Below, piece after piece: positions 36,601-48,805 of a DNA stretch of 64,000 nt. Location: the NCBI RefSeq assembly GCF_036971445.1, contig NC_091472.1:203484001-203548000 (forward strand), in the 5' to 3' direction. A program made the position numbers and the translations under genes. Origin of the DNA: Narcine bancroftii. Its lineage: Eukaryota. The notes under the pieces were generated by a model. It ran no database searches. It was not told the DNA's origin and was given only the letters and a program-made list of their open reading frames with translations. Position 1 is the first letter of the stretch; each line of letters begins with the position of its first letter.

Positions 36601-39193
36601 CTTGGGCATGTGGGGAGGGCAAGGCTGTTGACTAACCCCTGGTCAAGAAAACTTTCAGTGCTTCCAATATCTATTAAGCAATTTACCCTCACATCATTAA
36701 TTTTGATCCACACAGTGGCGTCAGATAAATTGTGTGGACTCGCCTGATTCATATGTAGGGAAGCAAGTCTGGCATGTCCTTCGTGTCCTTCCATCTGATA
36801 GTGTGAGAGATGGGAAAATTGATCTAAAATTATGAACATGGAAGAAACTAAAATTCATCAGTTAATGGCTGTAACCAGTACAAACAGGATGAGCTTGGGA
36901 ATTAGGATGCAGGAAAGCAGAGTCAGTATGATTAACATAAGAATCTTCTTTGTGACAAGAGCCACCATAAGACTAAGAAAAGGAATGGTAAGGTACAATA
37001 GAATGTAGGAAGTTGAGGTAGTCTGGATCAGATAAAGGTCTCCTAGCCCTAGATAGAAGTACCAAGTCCTACATATCTAATTAGCTAACCTTACACAGAT
37101 TTATACATATTAAATTAGCCAACCCTAGACAGGATGAGCCAACTCTACATACCAAGAGACTGTAGCCCCGAGAATCAGGAAGGTGTGAATAAGGACAATG
37201 ACATGATGGGACACCCACAGGATACCCCCTGGTCCTCCAAGTGTATTGAACTGCACGTAGGCAGGAAGGATTGCCTATGCCAAACCCATCCAGGGGCAGA
37301 AGAATGTAAGGGGGAGGGCACTCTGATACTGAAATCGACTGTATAAAAGTTGGGTGAGCCCCAGTATGTGTGTGTATTCCCAAGGTAAGGGGAAGCACCC
37401 AACGTTGCATTGTTGTTGTAATAAATGTTCTTTGTTCTCAATTTTTGACTCGAGCTATTTCTTTAAAGGTAAATTCTGTTTCTAACAATAGTACTCAGCG
37501 TCATATTCATCTCCTGAAGACTGTGTCCTCTGCTTTGTAGCATTTGTCCAAGATGGCTGGCTACACATGGCATTCTTCTTCTTCTGTTTGTCTGTGGAGA
37601 AAGAAGAGCTTTCCCGCCTCTCAGTAGTATGAGAATGGGCCTTGGCTGTGGCCTTGAGGCTCCTGCAGACTTTTCCATAATGCCCTTGTTTTCCACAGTT
37701 GGAATAGACATTTTCTCTGGCAGGGCAGAGGGCTCTGAGGTGCTTTATTTGTCCACAGAAAAAGCACTTGGGACCCTCAAGGTGTGCTGCTGCGGTGAAT
37801 TCCTGTGAGGCAGCATTCTTTTCTTTTCGTGGGGCTAGAGAGTCCAGCAGTGTGACGTTTGTCCCAGCCCCAGGGTCCTGTGAGTACTCCTCCAATTCTT
37901 TCCTGGTGCTTTCTAAAGCTTCTGCAATAGTCTCTGCCTCATCTAGTCCCACCATTCCTTTCTCCAGTATTCGGTCTCATCTCAGTGGACCATATGCCCG
38001 CAACAATTCTGTCCCTAATAAGGTCCTCCGCATACTCCTGAGCTGATACTGCTTTAAAGTTGCAGCCTTTCGCCAGGTCTTTATACTCTCTATGAGAGTA
38101 TAAAGTCTCTGGCAGACTTCCCTACTTGTTGTGACCTGGCCATGAATCTGTACCGGGAGTGGAGTTCACTATGCCCCTTACTGTAATGCCTCTTTAAAAT
38201 GCTCATTGCCTCTTGGTAGGACCTGGCATCCTGTATAAGAGAGTAAGGGTGGTCTCCCAGCTGGGCTACCAGCAGCATTAATAGTTCTTTATCCAATGCC
38301 TCAGCACCCTCCACGTAATTCAGAAAGCATCTCTGCCAGTGGCTGAAGTGCGTGCTGGCTCCGGGATTTCTGGGGTCGAGCTCCAGCCTGTCTGGTTGCT
38401 AAGCCGCAGTCTCTGGTCCCTTAGGTGTAGCAAGGGTGGGCCCTGGGGTACTAGGAGCTGCTGGTAGAGCCTCTGTGGGGCTTGTGTCTGCTGGAGGACT
38501 TACCTGGGTGCTTGGGGCTGTTGGCTGAGTCTCTGGCTTTGGGGAATTTGCAGGAGGCTTAAGGGGGATCCCCGAGGTAGCGTTAGGTCTCCTTGGTAAT
38601 GGAGAAACTGCTGCTGGGGGAGTGATGGTAGTGGTGTTCTGCTTTCCCTGGGTCTGGAGTGGTTGGGAATTCTGCACAAGGCGGTCAGGAACATGACTTG
38701 TGGAGATCCTTCCACCCACACTTGTAGTGGCCCTTTTCTGATCGGACCGGGGTTTAGGGTTGGCGGCACCTGTACCAGCGAACCCACGGGCAGGCAGGGC
38801 TCTTGGCCATTTCTTACCTGCCCTATCGTACTTCTGTGGTCTTCCCTGCATTCCACCACGATTCCAGTACAGCAGTTCCTCGCTGTCTCTGTCCTTGGAA
38901 GCACGTGCGTGTTAGTTGTCCCCAGATTCCATTCCTCAGCAAGTCTCCAGGTGGTCGGAAATGCGCTTTGGAGTAGAAGCAGCTTCCATCCTAGTAGCTA
39001 TCATATTAGTTTATTAAATTATACTGACAATAACCACAACAGGAGTGTGAGTATAAGACAGCTTTAATAAACTATATGTACACTAAGAGGTCTTGTCTCT
39101 CTGCAAGACAAACCTGGAAGGCTGGTCTGCTTTATATACAAGGTCACCGGGATGACCCCTGGTAACCTAGTGGTGTAATTGCATATCACCACA
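33670..39193 (-). mobile_element. Full-length but decayed Gypsy LTR retrotransposon
   Basis: LTRs 33670-33857 and 39020-39193, 5-bp TSD AACAG, PPT next to 33858. gag RLELDP and zinc knuckles, PR LIDIGS, RT PYLDYV, RH, IN GHPG..DLKGP..DRG. Confidence 0.96.
36802..37487 (+). mobile_element. Solo LTR nested in Gypsy, TSD ATAG
   Basis: TG...CA ends; homologous to 26610-27139. Confidence 0.9.
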
Positions 39194-39681
39194 AACAGGT
39201 AAATGTTTACCACTCAGAAGGATTCATGTTGGTTTTCAGAGAGAGAGTTTTTCTTGTTCCAGTACATCCACAACTGATTCTTTTTTAATCAGCCACTCCG
39301 GTGTCTTGTTGACGAAACTTGCCCCCTTCGGGGTTCTCGAGTTGATAACCTCTTTCTTTCAGGTCACCACTGAGTTCCTTTCTATTTTACCTATTCCAAG
39401 GGAATCACCGGACAGCTAGTCCTCTCCTTTGACTAGGACATCTTTCAAAGCTTGCCAGCTTGTCCCTCTGGATGTGAGTGCAAAACCTGTTTCTTTCTGC
39501 TCTCTGCCTGCAAAGATCACATGACCTTCCAGACAGTAAATCCTCTTTTCCAGACAAAGCTGCTACTGCCTGTTGTTACATTCGTTGCCTTTTCGCAAAT
39601 AACAGTCCATCATGTCTCTGAGCACTTTTGCAAAAGCTCCTGAAAAAAAATCTGTGTTTTAAAGTGTTTGCGTGTGACCTG

Positions 39682-39912
39682 TGTGATAGTACAGATTCTA
39701 TCACCAATGTGTATATGTATAGATTGAAGTGTAAGATGATTTTGATTGGCTGAGAGCATAGCCTCACCTACTAGCAGGTCTTAAAGGGTTGCTCCTAGCC
39801 AGACCAGGTCATTCTGGACTGGTCGACCTACATGTGATATGCTCCAGTCTTCTAGTTAATAAAAGCCTTGGTTTGGATCAACAAGCCTTTGGTTCTTTCA
39901 ACGCACTCTACA
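39682..39912 (+). mobile_element. Short solo LTR, 5-bp TSD ACCTG
   Basis: TGTGAT...CTACA ends with an internal AATAAA. Confidence 0.85.
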
Positions 39913-39976
39913 ACCTGCTCGAACAAACCTTTCCCAGTTTATCTCCCAAACGCCTCTGTATACTCTGTCACAGCCC

Positions 39977-40659
39977 TGTAAATGCTTTGTTGACAGTGAC
40001 AGAATTTGCCTCTGTGAGCAGCTGAAACTCTAGTTTCTGTATCTCCAGCTCTTCCCAACCTACCATGTGTTGGTTAATTGCAGCCAATAGGAGACTCAAT
40101 TTCTGCTAGAGGCGGGAGATTTGAAGGAAGTGATTGTGGGGAGCTCCTGCAGCTTATAAAAGGAAAACAAAATCTCAGGTGGGAAGTGAGGAACTCTGTG
40201 GTGACCTGGAAGAAGAGGTTATCATTTGGAAAACCCTGATGGGGCAAGTTTCTTCGGCAAGACACTGAGGTGACTGATGGAAGTAAATCAGTTTGTGTGG
40301 GTCCAATGAGCAACTAATCTCTTTCTGAAACTAACAAGGACCTTCCTGAGCAGTAACCATTCACTTTTAAGCAGCAAAACTTGGTGAAAATTTATAAAGG
40401 TTAAATTCTGTGCACAGTATAAGAATTGCCGGTGAACTCAGAGGAGTGAGAAGTGAGATTGGACTGTGAATCAAAGAACTTTCCTGAACACTTAAACATT
40501 ACATACGCATGCGCTTAGAATTAGATGAGGGTTAAGTTAGGTTAAGTTAATAGTAATAAGTTTGATCCTATTTTGATGTTTACAGAAAATTTAAAGCAAC
40601 CTTTGTTTAAGTAACCATGTGTTTGGTGCTGGGTTTTGGGGTCCTCTGGGCCCGTAACA
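39977..40659 (+). mobile_element. LTR related to the 31999 family (5' end unclear)
   Basis: Shares GGGGCAAGTTTC, CTGTGCACAG and the terminal GGTTTTGGGGTCCTCTGG..CGTAACA. Confidence 0.75.
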
Positions 40660-41404
40660 AATGTCTTCCACAATTTTATCATAACATCCCAACTCCTATA
40701 CTCAATACAGACATATTCTGTATAACACGGTTAATGCAAGTTCAGTGTTATGGAAAACTGCATTTTTCAAAGCATTATTACAATGTATTTTAATGTCATA
40801 TGGTCCGATCATATAATTATTTATATTTTATCTAGAACTCTTATGAAAACATGTGGATAAAATATTTTAAAGGGATATATAACACTGGAAAATGACAAAG
40901 ATCTTTATTGCTATAAGTGAAAATTGTTTATTTAAGAAAATGTTTGTCTAATATACATTAGTCTGCACTCCTTTGACTCCAGCTCCCCCTGCCTGTCTCC
41001 GGCAAACTCAGCCCGCAATGCCTGTCAGGTGAGGAGGGGATAGGTGTGAAGGTGGTCTCGGATCTGTGGAGATGCAGACACCTATCTTCAACTTGGGATG
41101 GTGAGTCCCCGAAGGCCAATATGCCAAAAGCTTTCTTTACAGCTCTATGACACTATTTTCAGTGAATCATATATCTGTATCCCCAGATCTGTTCAATTCA
41201 TATAACATTAAAAGAGGTGCTCAAAGCTCCGAAGTGTATGAAGGTGTATGAAGGCCTAATATGATACATGCAAGGACATGGTGGAAACTAGAGAGATAAT
41301 TGCAAGTGCCCTGGCTGAGATTTATCCAGAAGTCTGGATGGTGGCAAATGTTGAGACTCTATTCATGAATGACTGCAGGGACTAAGTTGCTAACTTATCT
41401 CAAG

Positions 41405-42455
41405 TTTTTAAAAATTTTTTTTACATTTTTCACACTATGAACCATATCAATCAAAATACACACAAACACTTCCCTCTTGAATATACATAGTGGCAATTTC
41501 TCCCCCCTTCCCCCCCCTACCTTCCCTCCCTCCTTCCCACCCCCCTCCAAACCCATTAAATATTCAACAAATACAATACAATAAAGCCATTAAACAATGT
41601 AATCACACAGTGAAAATAAACAAGAAAATTGTGTCATCTACTTTTACATACTGGGTCAGTTCATTTTGTCTTCTTCTCATTTTATCATTTTAGGTGGTGG
41701 AGGTCCGCAGTAGGCCCTCTCTGTTGTGTTCCATGTACGGTTCCCAAATTTGTTCAAATAATGTGACTTTATTTTTCAAATTATATGTTATTTTTTCCAA
41801 TGGAATACATTTATTCTTTTCCATGTAACATTGCTGTACTCTCAGGCTCTCTTTTGATTTCCAAGTTGACATTATACATTTTTTTCCTACAGCTAAGGCT
41901 ATCATAATAAATCTTTTTTGGGCTTCATCCAGTTTGAGGTCTAATTCTTTACTTATTATATTACTTAGAAGAAAGATCTCTCGATTTTTTGGTATGTTGC
42001 TTTTTGTGATTTTATTTAATACCTGATTTAGATCTTCCCAAAACTTTTTCACTTTCTCACATGCCCAAATTGCATGTACTGTTGTTCCCATTTCCTTCTT
42101 ACAACGAAAACATTTACCTGATAATGTTGGATCCCATTTATTTAACTTTTGGTGTGTGATATATACCCTGTGTAACCAATTATATTGTATCATGCGTAAC
42201 CTCGTATTTATTATATTTTTCATAGTTCCAGAGCATAACTTTTCCCATATTTCATTTTTTATCTTTATGTTTAAATCTTTTTTCCCATTTTTGTTTGGGT
42301 TTATAGCTTATTTCATCATTTTCCTTCTCTTGCAGCTTGGTGTACATGTTTGTTATAAATCTTTTAATTATCATTGTGTCAATAATAATTTTGGTAGTTG
42401 GTAATTTGTTTTTTTCCTTTCTAAGTGAATCTTCTTCCATATATTGAGTAAATGA
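41405..42455 (-). mobile_element. L1-clade LINE 3' fragment
   Basis: IQYNWLHRVY..CFRC..HAIWAC..LEKITY, G-rich 3' UTR and A tail. Confidence 0.9.
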
Positions 42456-42695
42456 TATATTTTAAAGCAACCTTTAAAGGTTCAATCAAGACATTAATTG
42501 GTAGACTGTTCTGGAAAATTAGATCACATGGTATCTAAGGATAGGTAGCAAAATTGTTAGAAAATTGGCTTTGTGATTGAAAACAATGGATGATTAGGAA
42601 GGTTGTTTTTAGACTGGAGGTCTGTAGTTAGTGGTGTGTCATGGTGTTGGATATGGGGCCCATTGTTGTTGGTCATTAATATCAATGATTTAGAT

Positions 42696-43071
42696 CAGTG
42701 GATTTCAAACTGCTTCCCTAAACTCAGATTCAACCTTAAGCAATCCTTATACGCCATAGGTGCTCTGTGATTAGTGAGGGGCCACTTAAGCTGCCATGCC
42801 ATGTGAGTGGAAAGAAAGTTTGAAAACCACTGTTTTAATAGTCCCTAATTATCTCGCTGTGTGTACAGTTTCATAACTCCAAAGGAAATGGGCCAAGGAC
42901 AATTTTATCAGGGAAAATATTTCAGTAATAATTGGGTCTCAAGCAGTGGTTCTGAAAATTCCTACCCACTCATAACCCACCTTAAGCAATCACTTACCAA
43001 TCACAGGGAACATTTGGCGTCGGAATTGTTTAAGGTGGATTGTGAGTTGGTGGGGGGGTTGAAAAGCACTG
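42696..43071. mobile_element. hAT-like MITE(s) within CR1 debris
   Basis: CAGTGGATTTCAAAC / TTGAAAACCACTG-type inverted ends; a related body lies at 51001-51113. Confidence 0.55.
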
Positions 43072-43996
43072 ATTCTGGTGCAAAGGTAAATTTCAGTGTC
43101 TTTGTATTGTAGAGAGTGAAGACTGTTTATCTAGTTTGTGGAAGATCGGTTGGGCAGGTGTGCAGAGGAAAGGCTGAAGAGGTTAATAAAGAGAAACGTG
43201 AGGTGTTGCATTTGGGAGGTCTGACTGGGTGAGGACGGACACAGTAAATGACAGCGATCTGAGGAGTGTTATAGAGCAGAAGGCCCTTGGAGTGCAAGTG
43301 CACAGTACCTTGAAAGTGGCGTGACGGGCAGATAGGGTGTGGTTCAAAAGGGTCTCGGCGCATTGGTCTTCATCATTCGGAATATGGAAGTTGGGGGGGT
43401 GGGGGGAATCATCTTACAAGACGTTAATAAGGTGGCATTTAACCTCTGTTAACCCTTGGTCAACGTGCGATAGAAAAGCTGTTAAGCTGAAGAGGATTCA
43501 TGAAGGATGATGCCAAGACCCAGCGGCCTGAGCTCTGGGGAGTGGTTGAACAGGCTCGGGTTTATTCCTCGGAGTGCAAGAGGAGAAGGTAGATAAACTC
43601 ATGAGAGGAACAGCTGGAGTCTTTTGCCTCGAGTGGGAGATTCCATAACCAAGCAGAGTGAGGGGGCAGAGATTTAACAGGAAACTGAGGTGTAACTCCC
43701 TTTACTCAGAGTGTGGTAGGTGTATGGAACGCACTGCCAGAGGATCTATTCGAGACAGCAACGCAATTGGGTAGGTACATGAAGCTAGTGAGCGGGCCCA
43801 GCGCAAGCAGGTAAGATCAGTGCGGGTGGGATAGTTTCGTGGGAACGGACAAATTGGGCCGAAGGTCCTGTTTTCACACTGTGACTCTGTCGCCTTCAAC
43901 CTCACGTCTCCTGGTGATCTTAAAATAATACAAGAACGTTTGACTTCAAATGATAGGGCTCATTGACAAAACATAGAGCAGTTGGCAATTGAATAT

Positions 43997-44002
43997 TTTA
44001 AT
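43997..44002 (-). terminator. Probable polyadenylation signal (ATTAAA) of the IgL gene
   Basis: About 175 nt past the C stop codon and followed by a GT/T-rich tract (TATGTTTTGT). Confidence 0.6.
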
Positions 44003-44174
44003 TAAACTGACGAGGCTTCGCCACAATTACAAAGAGAAAGAGGTTTGAAACATTGTAAATCCCTTAAAGCACTATTCTCTGAAAGGCGCCTGCACATAGA
44101 AAGAGAGCACTTAGGAAACACTCCCTGCCACTTCAGACTATAAATAACTGCGCACCGAGCCCACTGGATCGCTT

Positions 44175-44503
44175 CTACACGCACCCTGATCGCTGGATGC
44201 TCCGTGTCAGCTGAGATCCGAGGGACTCGTGTGTCACCCCGCAAGTGTACTTTTCGTGTGAGTTCCACTCGGAGGTGGACAGGGTCAGATAACTGCTCAG
44301 GCTATAGGTCTGATCGGTGTCCCGGACGGCGCGGGTGGTCTGCACACCAGTCTTCACCGCCTCATCGTCCATACTCCATGAAACCTCCACCGATGCAGGA
44401 AAAAAATTGTTGATCAGACACACCAAAGTCGCCACCTGTCCTTCAGCGACCTGTTTGTCCGCCGGCGGGAGAAGGGAGACCGAAGGGCTGGACATCGTTC
44501 GAC
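44175..44503 (-). CDS. IGL: Ig light chain constant exon (C1-set, lambda-like)
   Basis: ATTACAG acceptor in phase 1. Translation PSVSLLPP...ATLVCLINNFFP..VEVSW...TYSLSSYLTLSTSEWNSHEKYTCGVTHE...RSGCV*, with a penultimate Cys for the H-L disulfide. Spliced CDS is 49+348+329=726 nt and open. Confidence 0.97.
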
Positions 44504-47500
44504 CTGTAATTGCAAAATAAAGAATCGCTTGTGTTAAAAAACAATATAATGAATTGCATATTGTCAATGTAACTCTCGGTTGCTTGACGTTCCCATAATG
44601 AGATAGCAAGTCGCGGGGTTGTCCCACACACCACAGATGTGGAGTGCCGCCCAGCTGCAGCGCCGAAGATGCGCTCTCAGCGACGCACAAGGTATCCCCA
44701 CTGATCGGAGAAGAGCAACAGGAGAGATTAGCTCAATGTCCTACACAAGATTTATAGATCAAAGCATCAATAAAGCCGATTACTGGGCTACATTGCAGTG
44801 ACCGAGACTGTGTTGTGTCAGAATTGGTTCCTGCTGTTGCAGATTACTCCAATGTTGAAGAAATTGCTTAGAGAAATTAATACCTTCTGAATCTAATCGT
44901 CAAATATTCAATTGTCACCATGAGGTTTCTGGGCGGGCTATTTTCACCTGGTCTCTTCTTCTGTGGCGGCCTCTCAGATAGCCAGTCGATAGGGGTGTCT
45001 CCCCTAAATCCCAGTGAAGTTCCCTTTGCACCGCAGATCTGTGCATTCCTGGACTGAGACCATTAATCCTCTCTAATTAGACTCTTTGCTTATTTACTCT
45101 GTGACCAAGATCCTGCTGTAATCTTAGGCAACCTTCTTCGCTGGCATCGACACCATCAATTTTACTGTAATGAACAAACTCATTGATTATGCCCCTTCAT
45201 TCTCATCAAAATCGTTCATATTATGACAAACGGCAGTGGACCTGTCATCAAACCTTGGGGCACGCAATCCCGAAATCTGGAAAGCAACCATCCTGTCATT
45301 CCTCCAAGCCAGATTGTATCCAGATGGCCAGCTGTCATCTCAACGTCTAGGCCAGTCTACTAAGCGTTACCTTCTCAAAGGCTTTTCTGGGCGTTGAGAA
45401 GGCGACTCGAATCCGCCAATATCTCCTTTGTTTTGCAATATCGTCGTGCTTCAGGTATTGATTTGAGCCCTCGACTATCTCCTGTGACTCCACACAGAGT
45501 CCACCAAGCTCACCTGTTCTCTCCAGTTGCCCCGTATCCTTGACTTATTGATGTAATCTCTGAGAATTCTCTGTTACCTCTTCAACTGAAGATGGTCCTC
45601 CTCCTTCTACATTCCTTCTATACCCCAATGGATTTGTGGGATTCCAAGCTCCCTTTTCCCTGGCCTGGATTCCCCAATCCTTCTAGCCCTACCCTGCACT
45701 CCAGCAGTAAGTGTCTTTCCAACGGAGTCACATTCGCAACCACTTACCAGACGCTCCCAAATGTCCCACGTTATGAATTCCTATATATTAAACGACCCCA
45801 ATTTAGGACTCGAACGTTATACATAGATTTAAAGCTTATAGAATTATGTCCACTGGTCTCAATATATTGGCGCCCCCACCACTTCCGAGCCTCGTGGCCC
45901 AAGACGAGGTTTAATCCTGATGCTGGAAAATAAACGGTGTTCGTTGTAAAATCGGGCTGAAGGAGAGAGCTGCGATTTTTGTGTCAATTAAGTGCTGAAT
46001 TTCCATCAGCTGTTGAGGACAGATTAGTTCTCCCGGGCATTATTATCGGGATTTTTCCTGCACGGTATCTAACCCGTGCTGCTCCCGGTCCCGCCAGTGT
46101 TGACCGCGGCCGGTACAGAGAGATTCACTCCGTTTTTAAACGCAAGGTGATTCTGTCCTTGAAGTGTTTGGAAGGAGAATGTAAAGGAAAGATCTCTAAT
46201 CTGCCGCGGACCTGTGGGGTATTTCTCAGGAGCCTTACTAACTTGTGAATTAATGTCTTCCGCGTCCAATGAAATATTCACGGAAAGTTAATTTAAGGAT
46301 AACTTGCAGAATATATCTTCCTCCACATGGTCCTGCTCTGTTAAAAGTTCCCAGATAAGACATAGCACGCTTTCGACACCGAAGCAAAACCCTTCAAAAC
46401 TCTCACACGAGGCACCGTTCCATAATCGAGGACAGTGAGGACCCGCTGCTGCGGGTCATGTTTCCAAATGCTAATAACCCAATATGAACTAACTTTCCGT
46501 TTCAAGATGGTGGGTAGATGCTTGTCGCAATGTACATTGATTGAATACAAACTATTAAACTGCATTTAATGCAATTTGAGAAAATTTACAAGACAACCCG
46601 AAAGAATTCAATGTTTTCGGGGCTTACAGAAACAGACCCGCTGCAATCTATGGTGAGCAGAGAGAAAGGGCAGCGTTTCTGTGTGTGTGTGTGTTTGTCA
46701 TCGTGTACACGCCTGCACTTGCAATCCGTGGATAAAAAGCATTTTATAATACTCAAATACTTCCCTGGATAAACGCTCTTTTATAAAATGGAGGCAATTG
46801 CATTCTGATCTCTCTTTGTAACAGGTACGACAAGCAGGATACATCTATCGGGACTTTAGTAACAAGCCACAAATCTTGCTAGAGCCTTATATTTAGAAAT
46901 AACGAACAACTGATGGTGATAATTTGGTCGGAAAAATTTCTGCTTCTTTTTTAAAATCAATATAACGAGTTCGGTTACATGGTTTATCTCAATTTAAAAT
47001 TCTGTTGCTAAATTCTTCCAACCCGAACGGAACTAATTTCGAGGATATTTTTTTTAAAATCGGATTTGAGGATATTTGAGAAACTCCTGCTTTATCTGTG
47101 AACGGTTCTGATCGTCCAGCATCTCTCCTTTACCCAGTTGTCTTTTTTCCTATTTCGTTTCAGCTTTCCCCCTGTCTCGATGACGCCGAGAGTGGCGCAA
47201 ATTTGAAAAGTTTGGTCAAGGATTTATTGGGATCCCGAAAACGGGAGAACAACGTTCACAGTTGAAAGGATTAAATTTAAACCCATCTTCCTGCTCATTG
47301 GTGGCGACATTCACCTTTATAAAGCAATTTGCTCCACAAGTCCCCAAACGTTACTTGTTGTAGGATTGCTCTCTGAGGTGCTTTAATAATGATTCAACCA
47401 CGCGAATCCCTCACGCTGTTCACAATCTCTGCGTGAAGGCTGAGACTAATCACCAAACAGACCTTTTACTTCGAGATGCGTGCACAATTCATGTAAACAC

Positions 47501-47596
47501 TTCATTTTGAGCTATAAGCCTCACATAGATGCATTTTAGATGCATCCAATAAAAATAAGCAACTTAACTGCACCACATAAAGTAAAAATTACTTAC

Positions 47597-47944
47597 TGGA
47601 AACAGTCAATTTGGTGCCTCCGCCGAAGTGTAACGCGTTTGATGTCCACCAACCACAATAGTAATCGGCGAAGTCTTCCAATTGAACATTACTGATGGTT
47701 AAATACGCGGCGTTGTTTGACTGAGACCTTCCAGAGAATCTACTGGGAATTCCTGTTCCCTTTACCTCGCGGTTGAGATCGTGATAGAGGAGATATCGGG
47801 GAGCACTGTCGGGTTTCTGCTGGTACCATGCTATGTCACTGTTTCCCAACGTCGCCCCAGACACGCTGCACCGGAGCTTCACCGTTCCTCCTGGCTGGAC
47901 AAACAGCGATTGCTCCTGAGTTAGCGTGATCTCCGCGTTTGAAC
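47597..47944 (-). CDS. IGL: Ig light chain germline-joined V-J exon (lambda-related)
   Basis: Translation (G)SNA-EITLTQ...LRC...WYQQKPDSAPRYLL...GIPSRFSG...EDFADYYC-GWWTSNALH-FGGGTKLTVS, then a GTAAGT donor at 47596. V and J are fused in frame with no RSS. Confidence 0.97.
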
Positions 47945-48038
47945 CTAGAAATATACCCAATATGAGAAGGAGGGCGATCATTTACCTGCAAATAAAAACC
48001 CGCTCAAAAAATCCAAGCAGTATTGGACATTGACTTAC

Positions 48039-48087
48039 CGACTGCACAGACCGTCAGCAGAGTGAAGACTCCGATCCACGGGGACAT
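48039..48087 (-). CDS. IGL: Ig light chain leader exon (MSPWIGVFTLLTVCAV-G)
   Basis: ATG at 48087, 16 mostly hydrophobic codons plus 1 nt, then a GTAAGT donor at 48038. A 94-nt phase-1 intron ends in TTCTAG at 47945, the canonical Ig split leader. Confidence 0.93.
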
Positions 48088-48208
48088 CTTCAATTCGGAT
48101 CGCTGTGGATGTATCGTTTGCAGCCAGAAGTCGGAGTTTACCTGGTTTCTCTCTTTCTCTCTCTTATTCATACTCCAGATAGGGCATGTGATCAGAGACT
48201 CTTTTTAA

Positions 48209-48216
48209 ATGCAAAT
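48209..48216 (-). promoter_or_regulatory. Ig octamer ATTTGCAT (light-chain orientation)
   Basis: Perfect octamer about 120 bp upstream of the leader ATG. CAACTG E-box and TGACGT half-CRE motifs lie just upstream, and a TATA-like TATGAATAA downstream. Confidence 0.9.
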
Positions 48217-48364
48217 TCGCGCTGACGTTTGGTTCCGGGGATGAGCAGTTGCGCCCAGGACGCCAAGGCGGATCATGACGTTGCACATAACATACAGAAT
48301 GAACGTAACAAGCTGGCATTTCAACAGTACAGACACCGCCAGAGTGTTGCACTGCTCAATTACC

Positions 48365-48805
48365 TCTTTTTTAAATATTTTTTATTTTTCACACCATAAA
48401 TCACATTAACCATGATACACACTTTTTCCTTTTCACACATATACAGTGCCATTTTCTCCCCCCCCCCCTCCTCCCATCCCACCCTCCCTACCTCCCCCCT
48501 CCCGTCCATTTAAGGTATAAAATCTAGGATACATTAAACCAGTCAGACAATGTTGTCATTCAATAAAAATACACCAGAAATTCCACTGAGTCCATTCTTT
48601 TCATTTCCTTTTCCTTCCGTTAACTTATGTCCCCGGTAGGTTTTCGCTATTGTGTTTAATGTAAGGCTCCCATATTTGTTCGAATATTTCAATATTATTT
48701 CTTAAACTATATGTTATTTTTTCTAATGGAATACATTTATTCATTTCTATATACCATTGTTGTATTTTCAAATTATCTTCCAATTTCCAGGTTGACATAA
48801 TACAA
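48365..48805 (-). mobile_element. L1-clade 3' fragment just upstream of the IgL promoter
   Basis: Homologous to 41405-41880 (QQWYIEMNKCIPLEKITY), with G-rich UTR and A tail. Confidence 0.85.

Larger units (their letters stand above)
33377..39972 (-). mobile_element. Solo LTR (family of 31999) split by nested insertions, TSD GCCC
   Basis: Pieces 33377-33669, 39199-39681 and 39918-39972 rejoin to the reverse complement of the 31999 LTR type. Confidence 0.85.

Noticed and set aside
44504-44690. N-terminal 62 aa of the 171-aa ORF containing the C domain
   Set aside because: Open intron sequence; the exon starts at the acceptor at 44503.
47992-48000. Nonamer-like ATAAAAACC in the leader intron
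   Set aside because: No heptamer at a 12- or 23-nt spacing.
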